A stretch of 63,967 bases of DNA, filler included, from Basidiobolus ranarum (taxonomy: Eukaryota), in assembly GCA_040143965.1 (NCBI GenBank). It is 3 parts of 3 records of this genome, joined end to end, with 100 filler letters (N's around TTAATTAATTAA, not from the genome) between each part and the next. Parts side by side here need not be neighbours in the genome. Positions count along the whole stretch, not along the records: positions 22,424 to 44,674 come from JASJQH010000189.1; positions 44,775 to 63,967 come from JASJQH010000256.1; 1 more part is not named here. The stretch is one strand, 5' to 3'. Below are positions 39,679 to 52,453 of the stretch, one piece after another. The notes beneath the pieces are model-generated. The model was given only the letters and a program-made list of their open reading frames with translations, did no database searches and had not been told where the DNA came from. A program made the position numbers and the translations under genes. Position 1 is the stretch's first letter. Each line of letters starts with the position of its first letter.

Positions 39679-40063
39679 GAATGCTAATTTCAACATTCTC
39701 AAATACTCCTTCCAAAGTTCACAAGCTGTGCAAATCTTAAGTTTAGGAGATCATGTGGCCAAGTATATATGCCCATTTATCACTGTTCTTAACTTGTTAG
39801 AGTGTTCAGCATTGGGTTGAAAGAATTTCATAATAGCACAAGTATGTAATATATACAAGTCTAGAATGTTCAAATAAAACTCTATACATATATAGAGAGT
39901 ATAGGAGCATTAGTATTCTAGAAGCATAGCCTGGTTGTTATTTTTGTTCATTCCAATATAAGAATAAATTAAATCAATTGTTATCTGCAAAACTGGGTTT
40001 AATGAGTAGGAAAGATCTGTTGGGCTAGGACTGGAGTATATGCACGACTTGTTATAACAATGC

Positions 40064-41093
40064 TCAACATCTAGGCTGGATATTGAATCGAAATTCACGG
40101 TCATGCTGACTTGGATCCTCATAAGGCTCTTGATGTTCGTTATACCATTCTCGTTCGATAAAGACAAGCTCATTGTCATGATTAATCAAAATAATGGTAC
40201 TTGTACGTGTGGCATAAGGATTTGATTCATTTTTTGGAAAGTGGACTTTTGGTATACAAATGCATTGAGCTAAATCCTGTAGCTGCTTAATTTCCGAGCC
40301 ATCTTGATAGGGCGAGGTGTCCCTGAAGTAAACTAAAGTCAGAATCCAACTACGTCAGAAAGGACCAAAGGACTATTGCAACATACCTTAACATCTGAAA
40401 TAATGCTTCAACTAGATGTTGCTCGGTTACACTCTAATTAGAAGGATTGTTAGCGCATAAGCTAGAATTTATAAAAACGAAGTTACCTTATTCAAGATTT
40501 GTTCAAACGTTGGCTTTCCCTTTTGTACTTTGGGCCATTCAATAGACAGTGTTGCGTTGGACAGGCCATATATCTCATTATCATTTAAAGGAATCACTTC
40601 TTTATCACCACGATTTGTGCAATAATAAGCCGCCTCTTTTTCTCCATTAAAATCGAAGGCTACCAAGTTGAAGCCGTCATAGTTGTTTTCTTCTTGCTTC
40701 AATTTTATCAAGTCTTCGTGGATAGGATTTTCTGACAATAATAGGTCTCGCACTAAAAACCCACGAGAGATACTGGTTTTGATTTCGGGAAGCGCGGGCT
40801 CTCGGAAATTTGTCAAACTTATAAAGCGTCCCTTTGTGTTAACACCCAACCATGTCCCTCCTAATGGTTCAGTAGAAGTTACATATGTTGTATCAACGCC
40901 TGAAAGAACGTCCCTACTTGTTTCCCAAAACTTTGCACGTTCCGTGGCACGCCTCAAAAACTCGTCACGATTCGAAGCGAATGCACTGGAAAGTATATAG
41001 TTAACATTGGTTCGCTGAAAAGAGTCAAGTAAGAAAGAGAATTGCTTACAATTTATACTTGGGGTGATTGAGTGTCCAAAAATTGATGCACAT
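40064..41093 (-). CDS. NRDE/TANGO2 family protein, multi-exon
   Basis: N-terminal MCI, ASNRDEFLRRAT, GGTWLGVN..GR...LTN, SRGFLV, YDGFNL, GLSNA..WPKV, YATRTST. Confidence 0.92.
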
Positions 41094-41483
41094 TGTTGTA
41101 TGACTGTAGTAATGGTGTGACTATTTATTTGTGGTAAGAGACTTGAACACTGTGCTCTAGTTCAAGAGAAAAATAATATGTTACCACGTGAGGCTTACTA
41201 AGATTTGGATGGACTCATTGCTGGATGACGTTATTTAGAATGGGGCGATCTCGATGGGTCGTCTTATAAAGTTTGAAATTAGGATGATTTTAGATCATAG
41301 AAAAAGCATAGCATTCACGATCTATCTTATCGACGGCTTATTAGTGGCTTAGATTTTGGTTAGGTAACTCAGCTTTAGGTTGTTCAAAACCTCAGGTTAG
41401 AAATATAAAAAGAATGGTCGAGTTGTCTTTTGCTTTCTATCCTACTACTCGAACCACTTCTTATATATCAAATTGACCCAGGT

Positions 41484-42871
41484 ATGAGTTCGATTATTAA
41501 TTCCTTTATTTCGAAAACTATGGATTGGATTCCAACTCCGCCTCCAACTTGGTATGAGCCCCTGCTTGATAATGGTCTTCTACCGGATTTAGTTTTAAGA
41601 GTCGGAATCCGTCAACTATTGGGGATCAGGCTTTCAGAAATTAATGGTAAAGGGGCAGAAGCTGCTAATATGGAGAAGAAGATGAACTATATAAAAAGTC
41701 TGAAGAGTCGACCAATAGCCTTACATACCGATGAAGCTAACAAACAGCACTACGAAGTAAGTACTTACACATAGACCAGTGAAAGTTACACTATTAATGT
41801 CAATCTAGGTACCAACCGAATTCTTCCAACATAACCTTGGGAAAAGAATGAAATATTCTGGCTGCCTGTTCCCACCTGGTAAGATATAACTTACTGAAAC
41901 TAACTCAGATTATCTGGCTCAATGAACTTCGTTCCTCTACATTTAGGTATCGAAAATTTGAATGACGCTGAGGAGTTAATGCTGGAATCCTACTGTGTAA
42001 AGGCACGACTTCAAGATGGAATGGATATACTGGATCTTGGTTGTGGCTGGGGAAGCCTGGCTCTTTTCTTAGCTGAGGTATATTGAGTACTGTACTCTTT
42101 AGCAGTGAATCGATAAGCTAATCTTCTATTTAGAAATACCCTAATTCCAAGATCACTGGGTTTTCGAACTCTTCTACTCAAAGAGCATATATACAAGATA
42201 GAGCTGAAGAGAAGGGTATCAAAAACCTCAGCATCATCACAGCCGACATTAATGAATACGAAAACCAGGACTTACAGTGAGTAGCTCCGCATATACGATA
42301 TATATGTGTAGCATGCTAATTCTATAATAGATTTGACAGAATTCTAAGCATCGAAATGTTTGAGCATATGAAAAATTATCAGCAACTACTAAGAAAAGTT
42401 TCCAATTGGTTGAAGGGAGATGGCTTATTGTTTGTACATATATTTTGCCATAAGCATATCCCATATGATTTTGTTACCGAAGATGATCATTCTTGGATGG
42501 CTGAGTATTTCTTTACTGGCGGGACGATGCCAAGTAGCGACCTGTTCTTGTATTTCCAGGATGACCTGACTATCATTGATCAATGGTTTGTAGACGGTAC
42601 TCATTATGGTTAGTGTATATTTATTTCAATCAAACCAGTCCACACTTAATAATGCTTTTAAAAAGCCAAAACGTCCGAGGCCTGGTTGAAGATTCTCGAT
42701 AGCAACACTCAAAAGGTGCTACCCATCTTATCGAAAACCTATGGTGGGGAGAAAGAAGGTAGAATGTGGCTAAATCGCTGGAGAGTATTTTACCTGGCAT
42801 GTGCTGAACTATTCAACTACAATAATGGTCAGGAGTGGGGAGTTTCACACTATTTATTTGCCAAAAAATAA
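41484..42871 (+). CDS. SAM-dependent methyltransferase, coclaurine N-methyltransferase/CFA-synthase-like, multi-exon
   Basis: [69 protein letters not shown]. Confidence 0.9.
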
Positions 42872-43713
42872 AGCAGCATTTTTGTATAAATTGGCTAATA
42901 TTACCCCAATTTCGTTTGAATTACATGCTATAGTATTTACTTGCTTGTACGATCAATGTTTGCATGATCGAGGCTGAAGTGAGGCAAGAGCACTCCATAG
43001 AGCCTGCAAGTTGATGCTAGCAACTAAGTAGATTCATGGAGATGTTAGTGTATCTCCAAGTTGCGGTTAAATGAAGGAGACTGCGGTATTTCCAAGTGTG
43101 ATTATACATGAGCAGTCAGACATGGGTTAATCATGTGGTATCAGGAAATCATCGAGTAGATCACATGGTCATATAGTACTCCAGTATGCCAAAAAGCCAA
43201 TAGACGCCAACACGGACACCGACACCGACGTCTATGCAATGAAACCGGAAGTTGGTCTCCTCCATTGTGCTGGTGTGTGAATGCATCGCTCAAACAAAGC
43301 TTCATTTCTTAATTGTTATGAGTTCCAGCAGCCTCGTAAGGGTGTGTGGTGGGTCATTGTGTGGTGGATCGGTGGGAATCAAGGGGATCTTTCTACATAA
43401 TGGAAGAAACGTTCATGTTTCGTAATTTTCATTCTAGAAATATGAATTGATTGGCTCATAATGAGACATCGCCTAGGTTTAGTAAAACCAATGGACGAAG
43501 ACCTACTTTAAAAATATCTAGTCACGAGTGAGATTTCATCATTGGAAAAAGAAATTTGATATTAAGGAGATTAGGGTGACGCAAGTTTCCACCATTTAAA
43601 TACTCGTCTCACGATCTTTGTCCCTACATTCTCTTAACAAACTTTAACCTTCCTTTGTTCTCTTTCTATCTCTTTCATTCTCGTACCAAGTCTGTGACTG
43701 TATATTATTGAAC

Positions 43714-44674
43714 ATGCTGACTTGCAAATTAAAACACATTTTCCTCGCAGTTATATCTCTCCTTTTATTTATTAATGTCTCTGCCTTTTCTTTGGAGGAG
43801 TACTTCACCAACCAGGATGTAAACGTACAAGTGCAGTCTTTAAGCGTATCACCACAGACAAAGATTCTCGCCGTTACCATTGAACAGGTTGATTTAATCA
43901 TTGACGAATTCGGCGAACTAGCCGACCGTACCCGACTACTTGCATTGAACTTGAAAGTCGACCAGAAGCAGTTGATTGACGAAGGACCGATATTCTATAG
44001 AGATATTCCCGTTTACGCTATTGACATTAATGATGAGGTCGATTTATTTGAAGCTGAGTTAAGAAATGAAACTCCCAAGTTACTACCCGTTAAAATGTAC
44101 GCTTGGGCTGATGTTGAGTACAACGAAGAACAGGATATATTCTTTCCTCGTGTGGTTTTACAAACTCAAATCTTGGAAGATAACGCTGTTGAGGCTGAGG
44201 TTGTTCAAGTAATTGTTGACTTGCTTGACAATGACCAAATCTCCTTGTTCCCTCCACAGAAACTCCCCTTAAACCAAGTATATTACCTTCCAGCAGGAAA
44301 TCAGCCATGGACACCATTTTCGGAATTAGATAGTGATCATTCTGTGAAAGCACCACACCACAAATGCGGCAAACACATGAGTAAAATTCACCATCAAGTG
44401 AAATCCTATGTTGAGAATGCTGCTGAGAGCATTAAAGCGTGGTTTTATCAAGCTGCTGAGACGATCAATACTTGGGCAAATGAGCATGTTGACGAACTCC
44501 AACTATTTGCTTTGATCTGGATGAGCATGCTTGGTTTTGTGGTACTCTTCCTTGCTTTACCCACTTTTATCTTCGTACGTGTTAGAAATTATAAGAGACA
44601 AGCACTCCTCGACCTCGAAGTTACTGAGGCCTTACTCCAGGATGAAGAAACCAGAGATCAGAAAATGTTACCCC
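43714..44674 (+). CDS. Hypothetical single-pass membrane protein with a signal peptide, truncated by the gap
   Basis: Hydrophobic N-terminus, acidic domain, His-rich linker and a C-terminal TM helix; the ORF runs into Ns. Confidence 0.7.
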
Positions 44675-44774
44675 NNNNNNNNNNNNNNNNNNNNNNNNNN
44701 NNNNNNNNNNNNNNNNNNTTAATTAATTAANNNNNNNNNNNNNNNNNNNNNNNNNNNNNNNNNNNNNNNNNNNN
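44675..44774. other. Assembly gap (100 nt) with TTAATTAATTAA spacer
   Basis: N run with the spacer at 44719-44730. Confidence 0.98.
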
Positions 44775-46189
44775 AGCAAACCTATCCAATCAATTGGTTT
44801 AGCTGCGAAGCCGGCATATCCTTGTCCAATAATTACGATCACGATTAAAATTAAGGCGAAAATTGGGCCAAAGGGATAGAACATGGCGGTGTAAGGCAAT
44901 TGGGTTACGCTGTTGCCTTGGGCCAAAAAGGCTTTACGGAATCTGTAATGTGAAATGGCAATACCAAACCACGCAATGAAACCGGTGATTCCAGAGGCGT
45001 TAAGTAGCCATTGATATACAGCATTTGCACTGAAAATTGAGGTGGTAAATGAAAGACAAGAGATAAGCGCTGTGAAGCCAAGCGCCCATAATGGGATTCC
45101 GTTGCGACTCACTCTTTTGAGCAATGCAGGAGCTTTACCTTCGTTGGCTAAAACCCATAAGGTTCTTGTGGCAGCATATACACCAGAGTTACCAGCAGAG
45201 AGTAAAGTCAGCATCACAATAGCATTCATAAGATGAGTGGCTGGTGCAAAACCCATAAGTTTAAACACTGTGGTGAATGGACTGGTCGCAATGGATGATA
45301 CATCACTATCTAATAAACTAGGATCGTCATAACGAATGATCATGCCGATGATTAAGATGGCACAGATATAGAACAGGAGAATACGCCAGAAAACTTGTTT
45401 AACAGCTCTGGGGATATCTTTCTCTGGGTTTGCAGATTCACCAGCAGTTACGCCTACAATCTCGGTACCCTGGAAGGAGAAACCAGCGATTAAGAATACT
45501 TGGACCACTCCCAAAGCCCCGTCAACGAATGGAGCTTCCTGAAACGTGAAATTGGATGGACCATACATCTGTGTCTCTTCACCCTTTCGTGTACAAATGA
45601 AGACGATGCCAACGATGATGAAGACAACAACAGTAAGAACTTTGATCAGCGCAAACCAGTATTCCGATTCACCATATCCTTTTACCGATAATGCATTGAA
45701 TCCGATCATTATGATTAGTAAAAGCAACGACCATACCCATGAAGGAAAGCTAGGAAGCCAAAACTTCATAATAACTGAGGCAGCAGCAAGTTCTACGGCA
45801 ACGGTAATAGCCCAACTAAACCAGTAATTCCATCCCAAGGCAAAACCAAGTGCAGGATCCACAAATCGGGAGGCGTAGGTATTAAAGGAACCGGAGATGG
45901 GCATGTAGGCAGCCATTTCACCTAAACTTGTCATCAAAAAAAATACCATGACACCAACCAATGCGTATGCCACCAAGGCACCGCCTGGACCGGCTGTGTG
46001 AATGGAGGTTCCACTTGCCAAGAATAATCCAGTACCAATAGTGCCTCCGATAGCAATCATGGATAGATGGCGAGATTTCAAGTGCCTCTTTAGATCGCCA
46101 TCTTCAAGGTTCAAGTCTTGAGTTTTTTCATCTATAAACTCCGTTTCGTGTTTCGTATCCGGAGATACTATGTGGTTCCTATGAGCCAT
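44775..46189 (-). CDS. APC-family amino acid permease, LysP/YAT-like, intronless, 3' end lost in the gap
   Basis: LKSRHLSMIAIGGTIGTGLF, GFALGWNYW, GFSFQGTE, VFWRILLFY, GFIAWFGIAISHYRFR. Confidence 0.93.
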
Positions 46190-49100
46190 TTTGTAGATTC
46201 AAACAATACTAAGTTGATGATAAGAGTAGATATAAACAACAGATAGTGTGTGAAGAGAAAGTAGTAGTAGGAGGAAGTTGATACTTTCACAGAGCACATC
46301 CCGGCCTCTTTTAAATAGCATCCAAAAGCTTAATTTGGACACTAGTGAGAATGAGCACATGAACGACATATTAACGAATTTTGCTTAATAGTAAATAAAG
46401 TTTTTTTCTTTCAATTATCGAGTGTGACCGTGAAGACATTTCAGTATAAGATGATTTCTTTTGGAAACATAAATTATCAAATCTACAATGTGATTCAGAG
46501 TGAACTTCACATAGAAACCGGTTTGTTACTTAACAGTTCATCCGATATGCGAAATTGGTGCAATTCATGGCCGAATGCAGATTTGAGGGAACAAATGGGT
46601 GCTTATTTTGGGAAAGACATACTCGAAACGGCCCAGCACAAAAGGTACTACAGAATGATTACAATCTCTATCAGTCAAGATAAATGATTGCAAACCCGAG
46701 ACGTGCCATTGGATTGAGTATTGATTTATTCTTTGCTACTTCATAATATGTTCACGTACTCATGTTGATTGAGTGAATTACCAAATCAGTAGTGCCAACC
46801 GGCTTGGATAGTCAACACAAACTGATGAACGAATGTAATGGACGGCCATTTACAGTGTGTAGCACTTACATGAAATCTATACTGCTCACATGTAAGATTA
46901 GTCCTATGCCGAACGAAAACCCCAAAGCTAGTGCACTCGAGGTTGAGGTTCCAAATGATGGGTATCCGGTTGTCAACATCTAGCCAATCCTGACCTTACC
47001 AAAGCGATAGGATTGGGTTCATCATGCGTCTTCTCTAAAGGTGCAAAGCCACTGTCTTACAGAGCTACCTTGCTTTCGTGGTAAAATCTCTATGCATTCA
47101 ATATACCAGATGGCACTCTAATAGCGATTTTCATGAATCAGGTATACGCTTCCTGTTTATGCTCATTAACCAGAGATGACAATACATGTAAACACATCCA
47201 TCATCCCCTTGTGCTGACCTCAAATCAGGTTATGTGAGAAAACAGTTGGGGCTAGGGAATTTCCTTGATCATTTGAATATTGGTTTTCCCACAATTCATT
47301 TTCTTTCGATCTCCCCAAGAAGATGACGATAATTAATCTGTGAGAATTCTATGCTACAGCAACGGTGTTGGTGTACTCTCTACTTGTACAAATTAATCAT
47401 ACTTGATATCAACCGAATCGTCCATTGAACACCCACTGAGACACGTAGAACATCTGGCGCTTCCAAGATGATTGAAATCTACGGTATTTGAAACTTGTTG
47501 ATGATTGACTTCTTCGATTGGATTTATTTGTTGGGTTTAACAGACTATATGTTAGCTCCCACGTATCAGAAGTGCGGATAAAGATGGTGATCTCAAGCAG
47601 CAGTATTAAGAAGAGTGGATCAAGATGATCCCAGACCTTACATTCCTAATAGACACATCCTAACAGATCGAGGAACTACGTGACGAACGACAGTGGTACA
47701 ATGATATGGAACTCTGCTGGCATGCCGCCTTTTCATATGGCTCTTGGGAGAAATAGCCGTACTAGTGCCATGATTGGTAAGAGTAAGCTTGTACAAGCAA
47801 TGATGTTCACCAAAGGCCTATCATCTTATCAAGCTTTGATACCGATGATGTTGCTGCCTTATTAAGTAGATTGGATATTGGTATTGCCCGATTACTTTGT
47901 ATTCTTTTTGGCTCTTTTCTTTAACCAATTCGAACTATAACTTTGAAACCTAATTTGTATGAACTGAATCACTGGGGCTCTTATCTGCCTTACTAGGCTA
48001 GCAAAGCTCGTTGGAATTGCTTAGCCTTGTTCCTCTACAATCCAACCTTTTGGGCAGATGAGTATACAGTATTGTCATAGCAAAAGTGATATGGTTCGTA
48101 AGATTTGTGAAATGGATACGTTTCGCAGGATACATACTGCTGTAACCGTTTTTCTGGATCTTACATGTACAATCAACTACCAAATGATTAGATAGGAACC
48201 ATTGTGAATAGATGATGTGTTAATCAGGTAGATACTCACACCAATGCATCGGTTATAGCTTTGAGAACTACATATATACATCTTATCCTGTTTGCAATTT
48301 TACCCCTGGGGTTTTGGCCCTAGATTGAATAGCTTCTCTTTGTAAAGTCAACATGAGTGGCACTACTGGGTATATGGAGTGACAATGCTTACGGCCATCA
48401 CTATTGATATCCATCTTACGATAGAAACGGCATTAAGCTCTCCATCAAGTACTCGGTGAAAAATACCAGGTGTATTTGGAACAAACAGAGGCCTCCCCCG
48501 CGTATGAAATTCTCCATACAGTCAGGATGTTTAGGGTTGACAACAAGAAACTGAACAAGCAGGTTAAGGCTGCTACACCAATAGGATCAATGCCGAGTCA
48601 CTTTTAACTTTTCTACTAACTGCATCAACTGGAGGGGTTTCCTCCATCGTAAAATAATCTATCTAAGGCTAGGCGGATAATCACTCCCGGATGCCTCTGT
48701 ATCCATGTATATATGAATGTTTATTAAGCAATACATGTTCGTGCAAGGTAAACCTAATTTCGCCAACGTTAACTTTAAACTGGAGATATTTCAAATTTGG
48801 CTCGTGGATTCCCCGACATTTCCCAAATCGAAAGATTTATTGGAGTTCTATTATCCACCAAAATCATCAATTTTTCATTGGAATGTGTCTTGTGACAACA
48901 CAATCATCCTAAACAGGTGTACTTTCATGAGCACATAGAAATCGCGTCATGTAGGACAATGAGCCGATACTCAGAAATCCCATTTCTAGATAATAAATCG
49001 GGAAGGATCATTGGTTGTATGCAAGCAAAGTGCCGTTGTGCCACCTATTTTGCTCGAGCCTGAGTAAGCCCAGCTAAATGCACCATTCTTTCCATATTGT

Positions 49101-50711
49101 CTTGAATCAGCCCCGTTTTTGTCAAAAGAAGGCACATTGTACTACGAGGTCAGGTGGGCACAGTAATGCTATCAGGTACTTTCTAGTGGATCATTAATGG
49201 AATATGAGACAGTAAAATTCAGAAGATGCCAGCCAATGCCCAAGAGGAAAAAGGCCAGAAAGTGACGTTTTCAACAGCTTTTCCGGTACAATCGTAGGTG
49301 GTCAAGATGTATGACCAACACTAACCTTAAGCCTCGGTTAGATGATCTCGCACCTAATTCATATTTCTTCTTGGAGTTACGGGTGATAGTACTAAATTGC
49401 AAGTGTACATCCTGTTGAATCCACTGTTGGCGACTTTATTTTCGAAAAGGAAGGAACATAACGTTTGAAGAGTGAGAAATCTCAGCTGGTTAACTTCATG
49501 TAGCACATGACATTAAAGGTTAGTGAGAAGCACACGAGTACAAATAAAAATCGATAATTTAAATCACCATGATAAACCAACACGAAGATATGACATGTTA
49601 GACAACCATCCCGGCAACTTTTAGTAATCTTGGGAATTCCCCCATCGATATCATAAAAGAACTTAATTTATTTGGCCCTTGGCATGTGAGGTTTCAAATG
49701 TGTAGAGTTCAAGTGGTCTTCGTCTAGTTTATCCTCTCTCCTCGGAATTGTAGTTTATAGAAAATTGTGTAACCTTATCACTTGTTCAAGGATAACAATG
49801 TCTCAAGGCCAAAGTGTTTACTGTATTACATGTTCTCCATGATTACTCGTAGAAAGTCATAAGACAAGGTATACCATTGGACCCTTTACCAGTTGTTTAG
49901 CCTTGTGGTCAGTTTAACAATGTAAGAATAAGCGTTGGTCAAGGCCAATCTCTCATTAAACAACTCTCACACTAAGATTAGAATCTTATCCTTGTATCTG
50001 TACACAGTTTTTCTTGAAACTGAAGCACAAAGCATTATCCTACAAATCATACTGGTAATCAATATGCTTTTGAAAATTTCTTTAGCGATTTACAATTTTA
50101 TCAACTAGTATTTCAAAGTAAACACTGTATACTTTTTCTCGTCTTCATTATACAAAAACATGTCTTATCCAAGATACTGGATTCCTTTGTATCCGAATAT
50201 ACATGTGTGAAAAATTCCCAAGTATCCCTGTTTCAATGTCTTCGGTTCCAAGTCTATATAAAACATGCTGCAGAAGTACAAGTTGTTGGCAGTAGAATCA
50301 ATTCCTCACGAAATATCCTGGATATTTTTTTCGAAGCTATATTATATCCTACAGTTGAACTCTCTTGGTGTGTTGAAGGCCTTTTAACAGAAAACTGTAC
50401 TTATAAAGTTGCTGGCTGGTTTTCGGCTTTCAAGTTATTTCCTTAAGAATACTTGGCATTTAATATGGAAAGCAGATTGATAAAAGTATGCTTGATATTA
50501 CTATTCATTTACAAGGTGTTTCAAGGGGTAAAGAAGTACGAGCAATAGGTCTTGTCAGAAATAACAAAATCGACGGACTATGGGCAATTCGGGTTTGTCT
50601 ACCAACCTCTTGTATCTGTAATACATACGATGAAAAGCTAAAAAGCAAAAGATATCAAACTTAAGTTTGCGGTGGGACTATGGTTCAGTAACAGAAGCAA
50701 GTATGGGCTAA

Positions 50712-52453
50712 CTATACACTTGTTTTAATTTTGACGAAACTATTGAGTAAAGAATGTGGTTCAGAAGGCAGTACTTTGATACGAATTTTGTTTAAAAGGC
50801 TTACGTTATTCTTTGGGTTGCGACTCGATTCAGAATTTGTGCGAGATGATTGCGGAGTAGACGGACGGCTAATGGAGCTACGTGGCCTCATGGTTGGGGT
50901 TTTTCCTGATAGGCTTGAGGATTGAGAACCTCCAGAGTTGGATCGCGAGAGCGATGTTCGAGATTTCTTGTAGCCTTCTTCACATCCCAGAGATTCTTTT
51001 AATTGCGATAGTACACTGAATATGATCTCGTTGTGATTGGTATTTGACGAAGGTAGAGCAAGGTTTAGACCTTTCTGCAGAGATATCCCGTTGACTCTTG
51101 AAGAAATCAGCGTCTTTCTATCCGTGAGGTCCCATATTTGACTAATTAATTCTGTAATTCGTTGCTCGTCTACGTCAGTTTGCGTGCTACTATCTATGAG
51201 ATCCGCAGGCTCAGTTTGGCATCCAATCTCTTCATTTTTAATGAGACTTTCGAAGGTAGAATCCTCAATGCTATCATATAGCTCATGCTCTTCCTCTTCG
51301 CCTATGTCGCTCAAGCTTCTTGATACTATGTCGTATGGTTCGTCGGAGACATTGTAAACCTCATTGAGGCTTTCCTCTGAAATGTTTGATGGAAATATGT
51401 CAGCTCAACAAAAATCAACTAATCTTCTGCCCCAATTAATGATGAAATAATGGTACCAGTTTGAATTGTGGTTAACACTTTGCCACCATTGACTTGTTTT
51501 TTGTATTCTAATGACTTTTTGGCATCGGTTATCAATGTATCTATTATGGAGCATACACGAGTAAATCCTTGGTCATTGACAGGATCGAGACTTTCGTCAT
51601 CTTCAATAGTAGGGGATAGAGTAATATCCTACAATACACGCATATGTTAAATGCTGCTCAAAATACGGAGGTAGAATCAGTCACTTTACCTCCCAATTAA
51701 CTAAGGGTACATCATGAAGTGAGGGGCTTAGTGAACCACCACTGCAAAGGATAATCGTGATGTATTAGTATACAAGTATATGCGGAAACCAAGACCTCAA
51801 CATCTCTATACCTGCTTATCTTCTTCTCTAATTGTTCGATATGGGTCGTTTGTTTTTTTATTGTAGCTTCGAGTGAAGCATTAATAGACAACAACGAGTT
51901 ATTGGAAATCTCCAAGTCCATAATCTTTAGGAAAAAAATGATAGTTAGCTATGTGAGGCTTTCGTTGTTAGGGTTAGGATGAGTGAGATCAAGAAACCTT
52001 CCGATTTGTACGGGCTTCCTTTGCTTCAAGATCTTCGGTTTGACCTCTATGCGGAATAGAGGAATATCGAGACATAGACAAAGGGCGAATCCTTCTACTA
52101 AGGTCGGTTTTAGAACTTAAAATACTGGCCCTATTACTAGAGTCTGAGGAATCAGAACCAAAACCATCATCCGACTTTGTTTTTTTTGGACTAGAGAAAC
52201 CCAGTTCAGACTTGGTATATCCTCCGTGGGGAAATTTCCTTGGGGAAGGACTAAATAAACCATCGTCACCAGGACGTAAAATTATGGGGCCATTCTTAGG
52301 TAATCTTCCTGGTAAGTTGGAAGAAACCCGAACAGGTGACTGGTCTTCTAAGAGATTCCGAATTTTCGAAGGAGTTAAATTAGTTGGGGGTTTTGCACTT
52401 TTTAAGTTAGGAAAATCTTGCATGTTGGTTGTAATGCTCGAGTCTTTTCCCAT
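50712..52453 (-). CDS. Hypothetical Ser-rich coiled-coil protein, multi-exon
   Basis: Spliced EARTNRK-IMDLEISNNSLLSINASLEATIKKQ coiled-coil block; ORFs 51989-52453, 51712-51921 and 50712-51314 are joined by GT-AG introns. Confidence 0.7.
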
